This document shows positions 18,698 to 28,833 of a stretch of DNA of 64,000 bases, piece by piece (the stretch's first letter is position 1; the number at the start of each line of letters is the position of its first letter). A program made the translations under genes and the position numbers. The DNA lies in assembly GCA_018396535.1 (NCBI GenBank), contig JAGTQC010000006.1, forward strand, positions 1-64,000, read 5' to 3'. The notes beneath the pieces were generated by a model. The model was not told the origin of the DNA. It worked only from the letters and a program-made list of their open reading frames with translations, and searched no databases. Origin of the DNA: Candidatus Bathyarchaeota archaeon. Lineage in GTDB: Archaea; Thermoproteota; CALKCG01; B24; DRYS01.

Positions 18698-20614
18698 TCA
18701 TACATCTAGTGTAGCTACTTCGTTTAGGTTACTCAAACTATTCATTTTAATTCTTCCATCAGATATCGTATATAATAGATCGTCTATGTATATAGCTCTG
18801 TTTATGAAGAACTCACTATACATCCATAACCCCCCATCCTTCTTGCCGTCAGGTTTAACGTTATCGATATGTGTTACCTTGCCTATACAGTCTATACCTT
18901 TATCAGATATCTTCAACACGTATACACCCTGCCATACAGGCTCCCCATATGCATATGGTGGAGGAACCCCACCGTATAGTTCTAGATTTATCTTCGCTTC
19001 TAAGATAGGCAGTACTATCATGCTATTCCTATAGTCTACGAGTAGAGCTTTATGATCCCTCAATACTGGCGTATCCGTCCCTCTATCACCTATTACATAC
19101 TTACCAGCCTCCATAGGATTTGATACATTCCTAACATCGAATAGCGATATCTTAACACCTTGATACCAAGCGAAATCCCCCTCCTCAGCTTCTACCGTCT
19201 CCTTACCTATACCGATCAGATAGCCTTCACCATATGGGTGTAGGTAATCTGAGTAGCCCGGTATCTTTAGGTATCCTAGAACTCTAGGATTAGCTGGATC
19301 TGATAGATCTATCACGAATAGAGGGTCGACCTTCTTGAAGGTTACTAGATAGCATCTATCTTCTATAAATCTAGCTGAATGCATATTCTCACCTGGAGCT
19401 AAACCTTCCAGTCTCCCTACGATACTCATATCTTCTACCTTGGCTACATATACGTTAGTGGAGAGTTCGATCCTACCTATACTCGGCCGTGCCATGATCC
19501 TAACGATGCTCTGAGTGGATGTAGCTACTCTAAAATAGCCGTTATATTCATCCATAGAAAATTGGTTTAAGACTATACCTGGGACTTCTAAGAAGGCTTT
19601 CGCTTCGAGTTTAAGTCCATTCATAGCTATCCTATAGATGGATGAAGAAGCTTCCTCACCCCATTTAGGTATAGCTAGGTATATGTTCTCTCTCGAGACG
19701 TATACAGCTCCAGCATAGCCTACGAGGAGGCTCTTAACGCTATACTCGCCCCTATCTATGTTTACCGCTAATATATTTGTGTAAGAGTATGGACCCATAC
19801 TATCTTCAACATAAATTATATTCCCCGGATCTACCTGAATACATACATTACCTACTTCGAGCTTAGGTATAGCTACCTCATCGTTAGGTCTGTATACCTG
19901 CTGCGTCGTGAATACGTACACATAGTTTCCTATCATCCTCGAAGATACATAGCTCCCATCTATCCTGAAGCTCGATAGAATCTTGATATCCCTTAGATCT
20001 TTCAGATCATATACTGTAACCTCTGTCACGGTCTCCTCCCATATGATCGAATATACATTACCTACCGTCGATCTCCCATAGATACCAGTTTCCTTACTAC
20101 TATTAACTATTCTTTCTATGATCCTAGCATTCGATGATATAACTACTATTCTATTCGGAGCTATGAATAGACCTTGTGGAGATCCGTTCGTTTTAATCTT
20201 AGCTTCGATCCTAGCTTCCTCAGGTGGATAAGCTCTAACTATAACTATACTCCCCTTACATATCGCGTATATATATCTTCCATCAGTCTTAACGATATCT
20301 GCTTCATCCACACCTTCAACTTGGACATTAGTAGTAGAGTATTCGACTGCAGGTTTAAGAGCATAGGCTTTAGCAGTAAAGGCTTCTAGCAAAACTCCGC
20401 CGCGTAGTGTGTAGAAGATTGTTTCGACGCTTCTCTTAGCCCTTATATACTCTTCCAGTTCTCTATACGATCTGAAGCTTCTAAGTATACTAGATATATG
20501 CTCGCTAGTCAGATTCTCCGCGATACTTTCATAGTACATAAATGCATAGATCGTCTGCAAGAGTGTAGCAGCTACTGTTATAGCTACTAGTGTTAAGGCT
20601 AGCTTTCCATTCAT
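18698..20614 (-). CDS. Secreted beta-propeller domain protein (Beta_propel family)
   Basis: Signal/anchor helix; YSTTNVQVEGVDEADIVKTDG, LNQFSMDEY, VTFKKVDPLFVIDL, LKIPGYSDYLHP. Confidence 0.93.
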   Translation of the reverse strand: MNGKLALTLVAITVAATLLQTIYAFMYYESIAENLTSEHISSILRSFRSYRELEEYIRAKRSVETIFYTLRGGVLLEAFTAKAYALKPAVEYSTTNVQVEGVDEADIVKTDGRYIYAICKGSIVIVRAYPPEEARIEAKIKTNGSPQGLFIAPNRIVVISSNARIIERIVNSSKETGIYGRSTVGNVYSIIWEETVTEVTVYDLKDLRDIKILSSFRIDGSYVSSRMIGNYVYVFTTQQVYRPNDEVAIPKLEVGNVCIQVDPGNIIYVEDSMGPYSYTNILAVNIDRGEYSVKSLLVGYAGAVYVSRENIYLAIPKWGEEASSSIYRIAMNGLKLEAKAFLEVPGIVLNQFSMDEYNGYFRVATSTQSIVRIMARPSIGRIELSTNVYVAKVEDMSIVGRLEGLAPGENMHSARFIEDRCYLVTFKKVDPLFVIDLSDPANPRVLGYLKIPGYSDYLHPYGEGYLIGIGKETVEAEEGDFAWYQGVKISLFDVRNVSNPMEAGKYVIGDRGTDTPVLRDHKALLVDYRNSMIVLPILEAKINLELYGGVPPPYAYGEPVWQGVYVLKISDKGIDCIGKVTHIDNVKPDGKKDGGLWMYSEFFINRAIYIDDLLYTISDGRIKMNSLSNLNEVATLDV

Positions 20615-20712
20615 AGCGCTCGATACTATAGTATGGGTGTCCTAGTATATCGCTCTAACTTTTCGATTTATATTTCTATAAGTTTGAATTAGTATACTAG
20701 GGTGTTTATGAG

Positions 20713-21453
20713 TTGCTGATAATAGATGCTCATATGCATATAGAGTATGAGGATCCAGACCTGATATATACTATGGAGATCGAAGCTGGTGTGGATAGAG
20801 CTATAATATGGTCTATATGGAATCCATCTAGAGAATCGAACGATCTAACGTTAAAAGCCTACGAAAAGCATCCTGGATTCTTTATCCCATTCGGTCATGT
20901 GAGACCTTCAGATCCATATTGGAGAATGGAGCTTAAAAGGATAGTCGAGGATCTAGGATGGAGGGGGTTGAAGCTGCATCTAGGCGAGTTTACAGTCGGT
21001 CATGTTCAGAGGATTAGCGATCTATCCTATAGATACTTTAGAGGTGTAGATGTAGAAGCTTTATTCGAAGTAGTAGGTGAAGCTCAAGACTACGGTCTAG
21101 TAGTAGTCGTAGATGTATCTGGTAGGTATGATATAGCTGAGGAGTTAGTTAAACAGTTTAAGAAGAGGCCTATAATAATACCTCATCTCGGTGGGGATTC
21201 ACGATTATTGGAGAGCTTCTGTAAACTTGCTAGATCCTATGAGCATGTATATCTAGATACATCTTTTATACATGTATATAGGATTCTATCTGAAGCTGTA
21301 GTCTTAGCTGGAGCGGATAAGCTTATATGGGGTTCAGATGGTTATTGGATGCATCCGCTAGTAGAATTTACGAAGATACGAGTGTTGAAGCTTAAGAAGG
21401 AGGATGAAGAAAAGATATTAGGAGGGAATATATCGAAGATTCTCGAAGGCTAG
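20713..21453 (+). CDS. Amidohydrolase family protein (Amidohydro_2)
   Basis: IIDAHMH, GLKLH, PHLGG, VYLDTS, WGSD, ILGGN. Confidence 0.9.
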   Translation: MLIIDAHMHIEYEDPDLIYTMEIEAGVDRAIIWSIWNPSRESNDLTLKAYEKHPGFFIPFGHVRPSDPYWRMELKRIVEDLGWRGLKLHLGEFTVGHVQRISDLSYRYFRGVDVEALFEVVGEAQDYGLVVVVDVSGRYDIAEELVKQFKKRPIIIPHLGGDSRLLESFCKLARSYEHVYLDTSFIHVYRILSEAVVLAGADKLIWGSDGYWMHPLVEFTKIRVLKLKKEDEEKILGGNISKILEG

Positions 21454-23204
21454 ACTACGTATCTCACGATAATGTTTAACAACTCTCCTCTATCTACATC
21501 ATATATCCCTTTATCTGTTATTCTAGCGTGAGGTATAACTGGTAGGGCTAGTAGCGATATCATCGGTATCGGGTATGGATCTATTATACCTAAGCTATAT
21601 TCAGCTTCCCTGAATTTACGTAGCTCGTTAGCTACTATGGATAGAGGCTCATCCGACATGAGTCCTGCTATAGGTAGTCTAACCATAGCTAAAATCTCTC
21701 CATCTCTAACGGCTATATATCCACCCTGGATCTCTCTAAGCTTATCTACCGCGAATACTATATCATCTAGCTTCCTTCCTGCAACCACTATATTATGAGA
21801 ATCGTGTGCTACGGTAGATGCTATTGCCCCCTCTCTTAAACCTAGTCCATCTACAAACCCTACGGTTAACCCCCCACTCCTTCCATGTCTCTCCACTACG
21901 GCTATATACGCATATCTTCCAGGATCGACTACCCCATACTCAACCCTGAGCTTATCTATGAATATCTCTGTCTCCAATCCTTTAACTCTTAATATCCTAG
22001 CTTCTGCATAGCCATCTATAATCGGAGCTTTAATCTTAAAGTCGTCGATAGTGAGTTTACCGATCTTAACAGTGTTCAATGCATCGCTAGGCAACGACCT
22101 AGACTCTATAGGTACTATAAGTCTTCCATCATCTACTATAAGTCTTCCATCGGTATAAACCATCTTAACCTTAAACTTCTCTAAATCCTCTAATACAACT
22201 ATATCTGCTATCCTACCTGGAGCGATAGCTCCTAGATCTTCTAATCTAAGATGGGATGCAGGTCTAATCGTAGCAGCTTGTATAGCTTCTACAGGATCTA
22301 GACCTAGCTCTATAGCTCTACGTATGAGAGCATCCATATGCCCTTCAAATTCAAGTATATCCGGCGGCGTATCATCTGTAGCTAGTAGTAGCCTACTCCT
22401 ATCTGGTATACGTTTGAATCCTTCTACGAACCCCCTAGATTCTAGTAGGTATCGTCGAATCTTAACGTATAACCCTCGTCTAACCTTCTCTAATGCCTCC
22501 TCGAACGAGAATACTTCGTGATCGGCGCTTATACCCGTAGATATGTATCCATCTAGTAGTCTACCGGATAGTAGAGGTGCATGTCCATCTATAACTTTAC
22601 CATACGCTCTCCCAACCTTAACTATATCTACAATCCTTCTATCTAGCTTTAGTAAGCCTAGGTAATCCATAACCTCCCCTAATCCTATAGCATAACCTTC
22701 ACGTAGCATGGAAGCTATATCTCCAGCATATACTTCAGCACCAGCCGTCTCTACACCTATAACCGATGGTATACATGTAGGTATCCAGAGGTATACCTTT
22801 AAGGGTAGGCTACGACTGAGTTCAGCCATAATCTCTACTCCACGAGTACCTAGGACGTTAGCTATCTCGTGTGGATCAGCCGCTATACATGTAACACCCC
22901 TAGGTAGGATAGCTTCAGCTAGCCTTCTAGGTGTAACCATGCTACTCTCTACATGTATATGGGAGTCTATGAAGCCTGGCGATACATACCTCCCTTTAAG
23001 ATCTATACGCTCTACAGCTCTAACATCCTCTACGATCTTCTCCGCTATGTATGCTATCCTATCCTTGTAGACTCCTATAGAAGCTTCATGAATCTCGCCT
23101 GTCAATACGTTGATTAAACGACAGTTTTCCAGTAGTAGCGTAGCATTCCTCTCACCTCTACATACCTCTATAAGTTCTTCTATGGTAGCCTTCCAGTAGC
23201 TCAT
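21450..23204 (-). CDS. ade: Adenine deaminase
   Basis: PGFIDSHIHVESS, DPHEIANVLG, GLGEVMD, DGHAP, DHE, TDD, AHDSHN. Confidence 0.93.
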   Translation of the reverse strand: MSYWKATIEELIEVCRGERNATLLLENCRLINVLTGEIHEASIGVYKDRIAYIAEKIVEDVRAVERIDLKGRYVSPGFIDSHIHVESSMVTPRRLAEAILPRGVTCIAADPHEIANVLGTRGVEIMAELSRSLPLKVYLWIPTCIPSVIGVETAGAEVYAGDIASMLREGYAIGLGEVMDYLGLLKLDRRIVDIVKVGRAYGKVIDGHAPLLSGRLLDGYISTGISADHEVFSFEEALEKVRRGLYVKIRRYLLESRGFVEGFKRIPDRSRLLLATDDTPPDILEFEGHMDALIRRAIELGLDPVEAIQAATIRPASHLRLEDLGAIAPGRIADIVVLEDLEKFKVKMVYTDGRLIVDDGRLIVPIESRSLPSDALNTVKIGKLTIDDFKIKAPIIDGYAEARILRVKGLETEIFIDKLRVEYGVVDPGRYAYIAVVERHGRSGGLTVGFVDGLGLREGAIASTVAHDSHNIVVAGRKLDDIVFAVDKLREIQGGYIAVRDGEILAMVRLPIAGLMSDEPLSIVANELRKFREAEYSLGIIDPYPIPMISLLALPVIPHARITDKGIYDVDRGELLNIIVRYVV

Positions 23205-23231
23205 GTAAACCGCCTCTGGGATTGTCTAACC

Positions 23232-23798
23232 CTATAATCCTAACTCTCCAGCTATATTTTTCATAGATTGAAGCGATATATCAATAAATTCTTCGAGCTT
23301 TAATCCTAGTTTTTCACAGAAGAGTATACGGCTCCTATCAACCCCACGAGCAAAATCCTTAGATTTAAACTTACTCATAACACTATTAACTTTAACTTCC
23401 TCTAACTTTTTATGCGGCATAACTAAGGCTACAGCTACTATCAAACCTGATATAGCGTCTGCAGCTATGAGAGCTTTACTAAGCCTACTATCTGGATTTA
23501 CACCTGTATGCTCATAGTTATGTGCTTTTATAGCTTCTAGAGCTTCCTGTGGAAGTATACCTTCAAGAATCCTAGAAGATTCCAATCCATGTCTATCCAA
23601 GTCTCCTCTAACGATCGTATAGTCTATATCGTGTAGGAGTCCTGTTAACCCCCATAAATCCTCATCTTCACCTAGACGGCTAGCTAACCCCCTCATAACA
23701 GCTTCGACAGCTATCATATGCTTAATGTATCGCTCATCAGATACGTAGCGTCTTAGTAGACTGATAGCTTCTCCTCTACTTATTATAGGCTTGCTCAC
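23232..23798 (-). CDS. HD-domain (HDIG) metal-dependent hydrolase
   Basis: KHMIAVEAVM, GLLHDID, AIKAHN, K.KDFARGVDR; GTG start overlaps the upstream TGA (GTGA). Confidence 0.9.
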   Translation of the reverse strand: MSKPIISRGEAISLLRRYVSDERYIKHMIAVEAVMRGLASRLGEDEDLWGLTGLLHDIDYTIVRGDLDRHGLESSRILEGILPQEALEAIKAHNYEHTGVNPDSRLSKALIAADAISGLIVAVALVMPHKKLEEVKVNSVMSKFKSKDFARGVDRSRILFCEKLGLKLEEFIDISLQSMKNIAGELGL

Positions 23799-24217
23799 TC
23801 CACAGGTATCCTCCATCTGGTAGTAGGTTTAGCTTTACGTATGGTTATAGAGAGTATCCCATCACAGTACGATGCTTTAACACCCTCTGCTACTATATCC
23901 GATGGTACCTCTATCCTCCTGTAGAACCCCCTTCCACCCCTTTCCCTCACTATGTATTTACGCTTCCCCTCTTCAGAAGGGTATTCAGCTTTAACTTCTA
24001 CTATTCTCCCCTCGACTCGAATATCTATCTTATCCTTGGGTATGCCAGGCATTTCTAATCTAATTACGTATCCCTCATCCGTATCCTCTATGTCGGTTAA
24101 AGCTCTGCGATAACCCTCCTCTGTATATAGGAATCTATCTGCTACATTCCTAAAGGCTCTCTCGATCTCCTTTCTAACCTCTTCGCTTATCCGGCTTATC
24201 TCATCGAATATGGACAT
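23795..24217 (-). CDS. Small heat shock protein (Hsp20)
   Basis: Alpha-crystallin motifs EMPGIPKDKIDI, FYRRIEVP, ASYCDGILSITIRK. Confidence 0.92.
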   Translation of the reverse strand: MSIFDEISRISEEVRKEIERAFRNVADRFLYTEEGYRRALTDIEDTDEGYVIRLEMPGIPKDKIDIRVEGRIVEVKAEYPSEEGKRKYIVRERGGRGFYRRIEVPSDIVAEGVKASYCDGILSITIRKAKPTTRWRIPVE

Positions 24218-24384
24218 AGCTGGAGACGCCTCAGAGTATTTCAGTCATAGCTAGTGATACATAAAGATTGATATGCCAAGGAGTCTGCACTCTAGTTTCT
24301 GATAATCTATATATATCTATGTATCGAATTTTCATCTATATAGATAATCTTATCTTTCAGTCTATTATCCTAAATTTACTTTCC

Positions 24385-25107
24385 GTGAAGAATAGATCTC
24401 TAAAGATTATGGCGGTAGCCGTAAACGCTTCACTCTACGCAGTTCTAGGCTATTTCACATACTTTGGCATATTCGTTGGAGGTGTTAGATTCTGGCCTGC
24501 AGTGATAGTTCCAGGCGTATTCTCTTTAGTATTCGATTGTGTAGTCGGAGGTTTAGGTGCTGCTATAGGTATATTCGTAAGTGATGTTATAATCCATGGG
24601 GATCCGTTTCTAAGCTTAACCGTGGGTGTACCAGCTAACTTTATAGGATTTTATATAATCGGGAGATTTGCATCTTCAAGATCTAGGAGTGGTATACTTC
24701 TAGGTGTGATAGCATTCCCTATAGCTCTATCTATACTGATGATCTCGCTCTACGTATACGGGTTAACCGATATTTCATCCTCGATTACTGGTATAGCGTT
24801 GAGTTTAGCCTGCCCAGCTACATATTTCCTAGCTTCTAGATATCTTAGGGGATGGGAGAACTATATACTAGCGGCTATAGCAGGTTTGGGTGTAGGTAGT
24901 TTAATTATAGGGTTAGGTGTATGGGGGTATAGTCAGTTATTCGTTATGCCTAAGATACTAGGTATAAATGCTCCTCTACCACTGTATATGAGTATAGTAA
25001 TAACGGCTTGGACATTCCTATCCGAGATACCATTCCTTATATTTCTAGTTCCTCCTATAGTTAAAGCTGTGGGTAGGGTTTTCCCATGGCTAGGTGTTGC
25101 TAGATGA
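24385..25107 (+). CDS. ECF transporter S-component-like membrane protein (probable pantothenate uptake)
   Basis: A.NASLYAVL, VRFWPAVIVP..FSLVF...GGLGAAIG S-component pattern; overlaps the PanK gene (ATGA); start GTG 24385 inferred. Confidence 0.75.
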   Translation: MKNRSLKIMAVAVNASLYAVLGYFTYFGIFVGGVRFWPAVIVPGVFSLVFDCVVGGLGAAIGIFVSDVIIHGDPFLSLTVGVPANFIGFYIIGRFASSRSRSGILLGVIAFPIALSILMISLYVYGLTDISSSITGIALSLACPATYFLASRYLRGWENYILAAIAGLGVGSLIIGLGVWGYSQLFVMPKILGINAPLPLYMSIVITAWTFLSEIPFLIFLVPPIVKAVGRVFPWLGVAR

Positions 25108-25937
25108 AGCTGTATCTAGGGGTTGATATAGGTAGTAGTATAACTAAGGCTGTAGCAGTAGAGGATGGTGTTATAGTAGGGTTTACATCGATTACTACGA
25201 TGGATCCTATAGCTGCAGCTTCAGGTGCGGTAGGTAAGCTCCTAGCTGAACATAGGTATAGACTTGAGGATATAGTGAGTATAGCTGTTACAGGTGGTGG
25301 AGCTAGATTCTTGAAGGTTAGAGAGTTATTCGGGATACCTTTAGTACTTGTGGATGAGGTGGAGGCTATAGGTCTCGGTGGTATAGCGCTTACAGGTAAG
25401 GGGAGGGCTCTAGTTGTTAGTATGGGTACTGGTACCGCTATGGTTGTAGTAGAGGATTACGGTAGGAGTATAAGGCATATAGGTGGTACAGGTGTAGGTG
25501 GGGGAACCCTCCTAGGTTTGGGTAGGTTACTCTTGAATAAGCATAGTGTGGAAGTATTGGAGAATCTAGCTGAGAGGGGTGATCCGAGTAGAGTCGATCT
25601 TACAGTCTTCGATATAGCTGGGGGACCTGTAGGCGTAGTACCAGGTGAAGCTACGGCTTCGAATTTCGGTAAGATAAGTGATGAAGCTAGGGATGAAGAT
25701 ATAGCTGCAGCTCTATTCAACCTTATAGGGCAGGTTGTAGGTGTTTTAGCAGTATTTGCTTCAAAAGCGTACGGTATGGAGAGGGATATAGTAGCTGTAG
25801 GTAAGCTTGCATCATCTAAGCTTATCGTTAAAGCTATGAAGAGTGTAGCGTCGATATTCGGTGTAGAAATATACTTTCCAGATAATGGAGGGTATTGTAC
25901 AGCATTAGGTGCGGCTTATAAGTTAGCTAGACGGTAG
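25104..25937 (+). CDS. Type II pantothenate kinase (fumble/CoaW-like, ASKHA fold)
   Basis: GVDIGSSITK, TGGGA, E..AIGLG, VSMGTGT, GGTGVGGGTLLGL, GD..RVDLTVFDI, ASNFGK. Confidence 0.87.
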   Translation: MKLYLGVDIGSSITKAVAVEDGVIVGFTSITTMDPIAAASGAVGKLLAEHRYRLEDIVSIAVTGGGARFLKVRELFGIPLVLVDEVEAIGLGGIALTGKGRALVVSMGTGTAMVVVEDYGRSIRHIGGTGVGGGTLLGLGRLLLNKHSVEVLENLAERGDPSRVDLTVFDIAGGPVGVVPGEATASNFGKISDEARDEDIAAALFNLIGQVVGVLAVFASKAYGMERDIVAVGKLASSKLIVKAMKSVASIFGVEIYFPDNGGYCTALGAAYKLARR

Positions 25938-25994
25938 CTTCTATCCGAAATCTTTTTACACACCCCTCGATTCTAGGAGAGTTAGGGATAGAGT

Positions 25995-26156
25995 TTGAGT
26001 AGTGATACTGGGATAATATACGAGTGTGTGAGGTGTGGTCATAGGGTATCATCTGAAGAGCTTAAACTATACGATGATGTAAGGTGTAGTAGATGTGGTT
26101 ATAAGGTTTTGAAGAAGATTAGGCCGCCAATAGTTAAGAGAGTTAAGGCTGAGTAA
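25995..26156 (+). CDS. rpoP: DNA-directed RNA polymerase subunit P (Rpo12)
   Basis: 53 aa, absent from the ORF track: MSSDTGIIYECVRCGHRV...VRCSRCGYKVLKKIRPPIVKRVKAE. Confidence 0.95.
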   Translation: MSSDTGIIYECVRCGHRVSSEELKLYDDVRCSRCGYKVLKKIRPPIVKRVKAE

Positions 26157-26281
26157 TTTAGTCTAGGGCTTCTAGGATGCATCTCTACTATCGGATATTA
26201 GGCTACTAGACGTATAGTCTCTATAATATGGGTGGTAGGCTCTCCATCGGTATAACCATCCGGTTGGGGATGGTGCATCCG

Positions 26282-27268
26282 ATGTCCATCCTAAAGATTG
26301 TTGATTACCGTGGAGGAGTCTTGGTAATGTATAGGTGTTTAGGTATTCTTCTAGATCCGTCAGTCTATCCGAGTTTAGGTAATCGTATCGAGTATTACGC
26401 GTTTATAAGTCATGCTCATACAGACCATTCTAGAGGTTTAAGTATATCATCGTTTAGGAGGTATGCTACTTACGAGACTATCGCTCTATGTAGAGCTAGA
26501 GGTCAGAGTGTAGGTGGGGTTTATAGTTTAAGGTATGGGGATACTGTATCCCTACCATATGGTGTATGTGTAGAAGTACTTAACGCTGGGCATATACTCG
26601 GTTCGGCTATGTTTAGGATCGAGACTCCTGAAGCGACCATACTATATACGGGTGATTTTAATACTGTTAGAAGCTTTACGGTCGAATCTGCTGATAAGGT
26701 TGAATGCGATATAGCTATCGTAGAATCGACTTATGGTTCTCCAAGCTTCATACTTCCACCTAGGGGTAGGGTATACATGGATCTTATATCATGGATAGTT
26801 AGATGTCTACACGACGGGTATACACCGGTAATTCAGACAGATGCATTGGGGAATAGTCAGGAGTTGAATATAGCGATTAATAAGCTTACGAATATCAGGG
26901 TTTATATACATCCACGTATAGCTAGGTATAATCGGGTATATGGGGAGTATGGCTGCCAGTTAGAGTATAGCGTATCTAGAGGCGAGGTTTCTGATGGGGT
27001 ATACATAGTTCCTAAGGATGTATCTCCGGGTAATCCTAGATCTAGGGTTGGCTTCGCATCAGGTTGGGCTTTAAGATTCTCTGATGATAGATACCCTATC
27101 CCGTTCTCCGATCACGCTGATTTCAAATCTATCGTAGAGTATGTAGAGGAGATAAAACCTAGGAGGGTGTATACGTTTCATGGAGGTATATACGATAGAG
27201 TGCTAGCGAAGGAGCTTAGGGATAGGATTAGCGTAGAAGCATCACCCCTACCAGACTATATCGAATAG
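26282..27268 (+). CDS. MBL-fold / beta-CASP ribonuclease-like protein
   Basis: SHAHTDH, AGHILGSA, YTGDF, ESTYG, FSDHADF, TFHG. Confidence 0.88.
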   Translation: MSILKIVDYRGGVLVMYRCLGILLDPSVYPSLGNRIEYYAFISHAHTDHSRGLSISSFRRYATYETIALCRARGQSVGGVYSLRYGDTVSLPYGVCVEVLNAGHILGSAMFRIETPEATILYTGDFNTVRSFTVESADKVECDIAIVESTYGSPSFILPPRGRVYMDLISWIVRCLHDGYTPVIQTDALGNSQELNIAINKLTNIRVYIHPRIARYNRVYGEYGCQLEYSVSRGEVSDGVYIVPKDVSPGNPRSRVGFASGWALRFSDDRYPIPFSDHADFKSIVEYVEEIKPRRVYTFHGGIYDRVLAKELRDRISVEASPLPDYIE

Positions 27269-27328
27269 ATTGCTTGGGAAACATATATCTCCACCACTAG
27301 ATAATCTAACGGTATTCGGTGTCGAGGA

Positions 27329-27733
27329 TTGAAGATATATCAGGAGATCGCTACATTCAAGACTAGAGGTGAAGGCGACTTCGTAGATATAACCGGTATA
27401 ATCGAATCCATCGTATCACGTTCTGGTATAAGGAATGGGTTGATAAACGTGTTTGCACCACATGCTACAGGTGTTATAGGAGTTACAGAGTATGATCCAA
27501 GCCTTCTAAAGGATATATGGGATATACTGAATACTTTGATACCTAAGAGTAGGGGTTATAGACACCCGGAGAATGCTCATTCGCATATAAGATCCCTACT
27601 CCTCTCGCCTTCGAAAACCTTTCCACTTATAGATGGGAGGATAGCGTTAGGAACTTGGCAAACGATATTCTTTATAGAAGTCGATACTACACCTAGGACT
27701 AGGAAGATAATAGTACAGGTGATAGGGGAATAG
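27329..27733 (+). CDS. yjbQ: YjbQ/UPF0047 family protein
   Basis: VDIT, GLINVFAPHAT, NAHSHIRS, LGTWQTIFFIE. Confidence 0.92.
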   Translation: MKIYQEIATFKTRGEGDFVDITGIIESIVSRSGIRNGLINVFAPHATGVIGVTEYDPSLLKDIWDILNTLIPKSRGYRHPENAHSHIRSLLLSPSKTFPLIDGRIALGTWQTIFFIEVDTTPRTRKIIVQVIGE

Positions 27734-27859
27734 GAGGATAGGCTAGGTTAAGCATATCCTCTAGTCGAAGGTATTCTTTAGCTTACTGGTTTAACCTAGG
27801 ATTTTCCCAGTATCACCGTCGGATAATATCAGTTCTAAAGGTAGATGCTTTAATGAATA

Positions 27860-28080
27860 CTTCTACCTAACCTCAGCAGATCGTTAAGCATGGAAGAATG
27901 CATGATAATACTACCCACCCTCTAGAAGTATCCTAGCATATTCTAGATCCTCCTCAGCTTCTCTAAGCCAATCCTCAACCCTACCCATAAGCTTTTTAAA
28001 AAACTCCGATTTCCCACCAGTATATAGCTAACCTCTGGAAAAATATTCAATCCTAGTAAGCCCCCTATCTACTATACCAG
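27860..28080 (-). pseudogene. Degenerate HEPN gene, preceded by a possible nucleotidyltransferase (MNT) remnant
   Basis: From ATG 27988: MGRVEDWLREAEEDLEYARILLEGG*YYHAFFHA*RSAEVR*, a HEPN N-terminus with three stops; upstream remnant ends ...LYTGGKSEFFKKL. Confidence 0.72.
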
Positions 28081-28212
28081 CTATAATCCAACCCTAAACA
28101 ATGATATTTATTCTACTAGAAGCTTAGAGAGATAATCGCTACTAGAACAGCATATCTATACCCCAAACTGATAGAATACATACAGGCTATATACTAGTAC
28201 AACTGGAAATCC

Positions 28213-28225
28213 TAAAAACTTAAAT
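28213..28225 (+). promoter_or_regulatory. Putative BRE/TATA promoter of tRNA-Phe
   Basis: TAAAAAC-TTAAAT about 40 nt upstream of the mature tRNA 5' end. Confidence 0.45.
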
Positions 28226-28262
28226 CCCCCTATCCACCATAAAGACAACCGTAGACTACTAA

Positions 28263-28339
28263 GCCCGGGTAGCTCAGCCTGGGAGAGCGCCCGGCTGAAG
28301 ACCGGGTTGTCGCCGGTTCAAATCCGGCCCCGGGCACCA
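28263..28339 (+). tRNA. tRNA-Phe(GAA), CCA encoded
   Basis: GCCCGGG...CCCGGGC-ACCA; anticodon arm CCCGG-CTGAAGA-CCGGG. Confidence 0.97.
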
Positions 28340-28399
28340 ATACCTCTAGTTCTAGTGTCTTACACATAGCCTCTCCTTTTAAGTCTTCGAGTACAGAGT

Positions 28400-28765
28400 T
28401 TATTGTGGCTGCAGATATACATGACGTGATAAGAGGCTTGAGGCTGCCAGGACTGTTAGGCATGAGTGCCTAAAAAGGTATGGCTAGACATCCCTCCTCA
28501 ATCTGGCTCTTTCAGCAAGTCTCTTCATAAGCTTCCTGAAATAGTGGTAGATCATCGCCTCGCTTTTAGAGTTGCTGCTTAGCGTCATCCACGACGACGC
28601 GTCTAGATGATGCCTCCTAGAATGCTTCATCAGCCAGTCTAGTAGGAGCCTATGGCTTGCTACTAGCGGAATCCCTTTTGACACCAGTCTTGCCGTATAC
28701 AGATATTAGGCAGTAGCTGCCTCGAATAGGACTGATATCAGCGTCCTATCACACTCATTCTCAGC
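28400..28765 (-). pseudogene. Tyrosine recombinase/integrase relic
   Basis: Pieces AENECDRTLISVLFEA, ISVYGKTGVKR/(frameshift)IPLVAS...WLMKH...YHYFRKLMKRLAERA and DV*PYLFRHSCLT (RHS at 28463-28471); internal deletion, frameshift and stop. Confidence 0.82.
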
Positions 28766-28833
28766 AGTATACGATAGGTTTCGACTAGCTAGATAATGGA
28801 ATATGTTATAAAACTGGTAACAGTATAGGTAAC

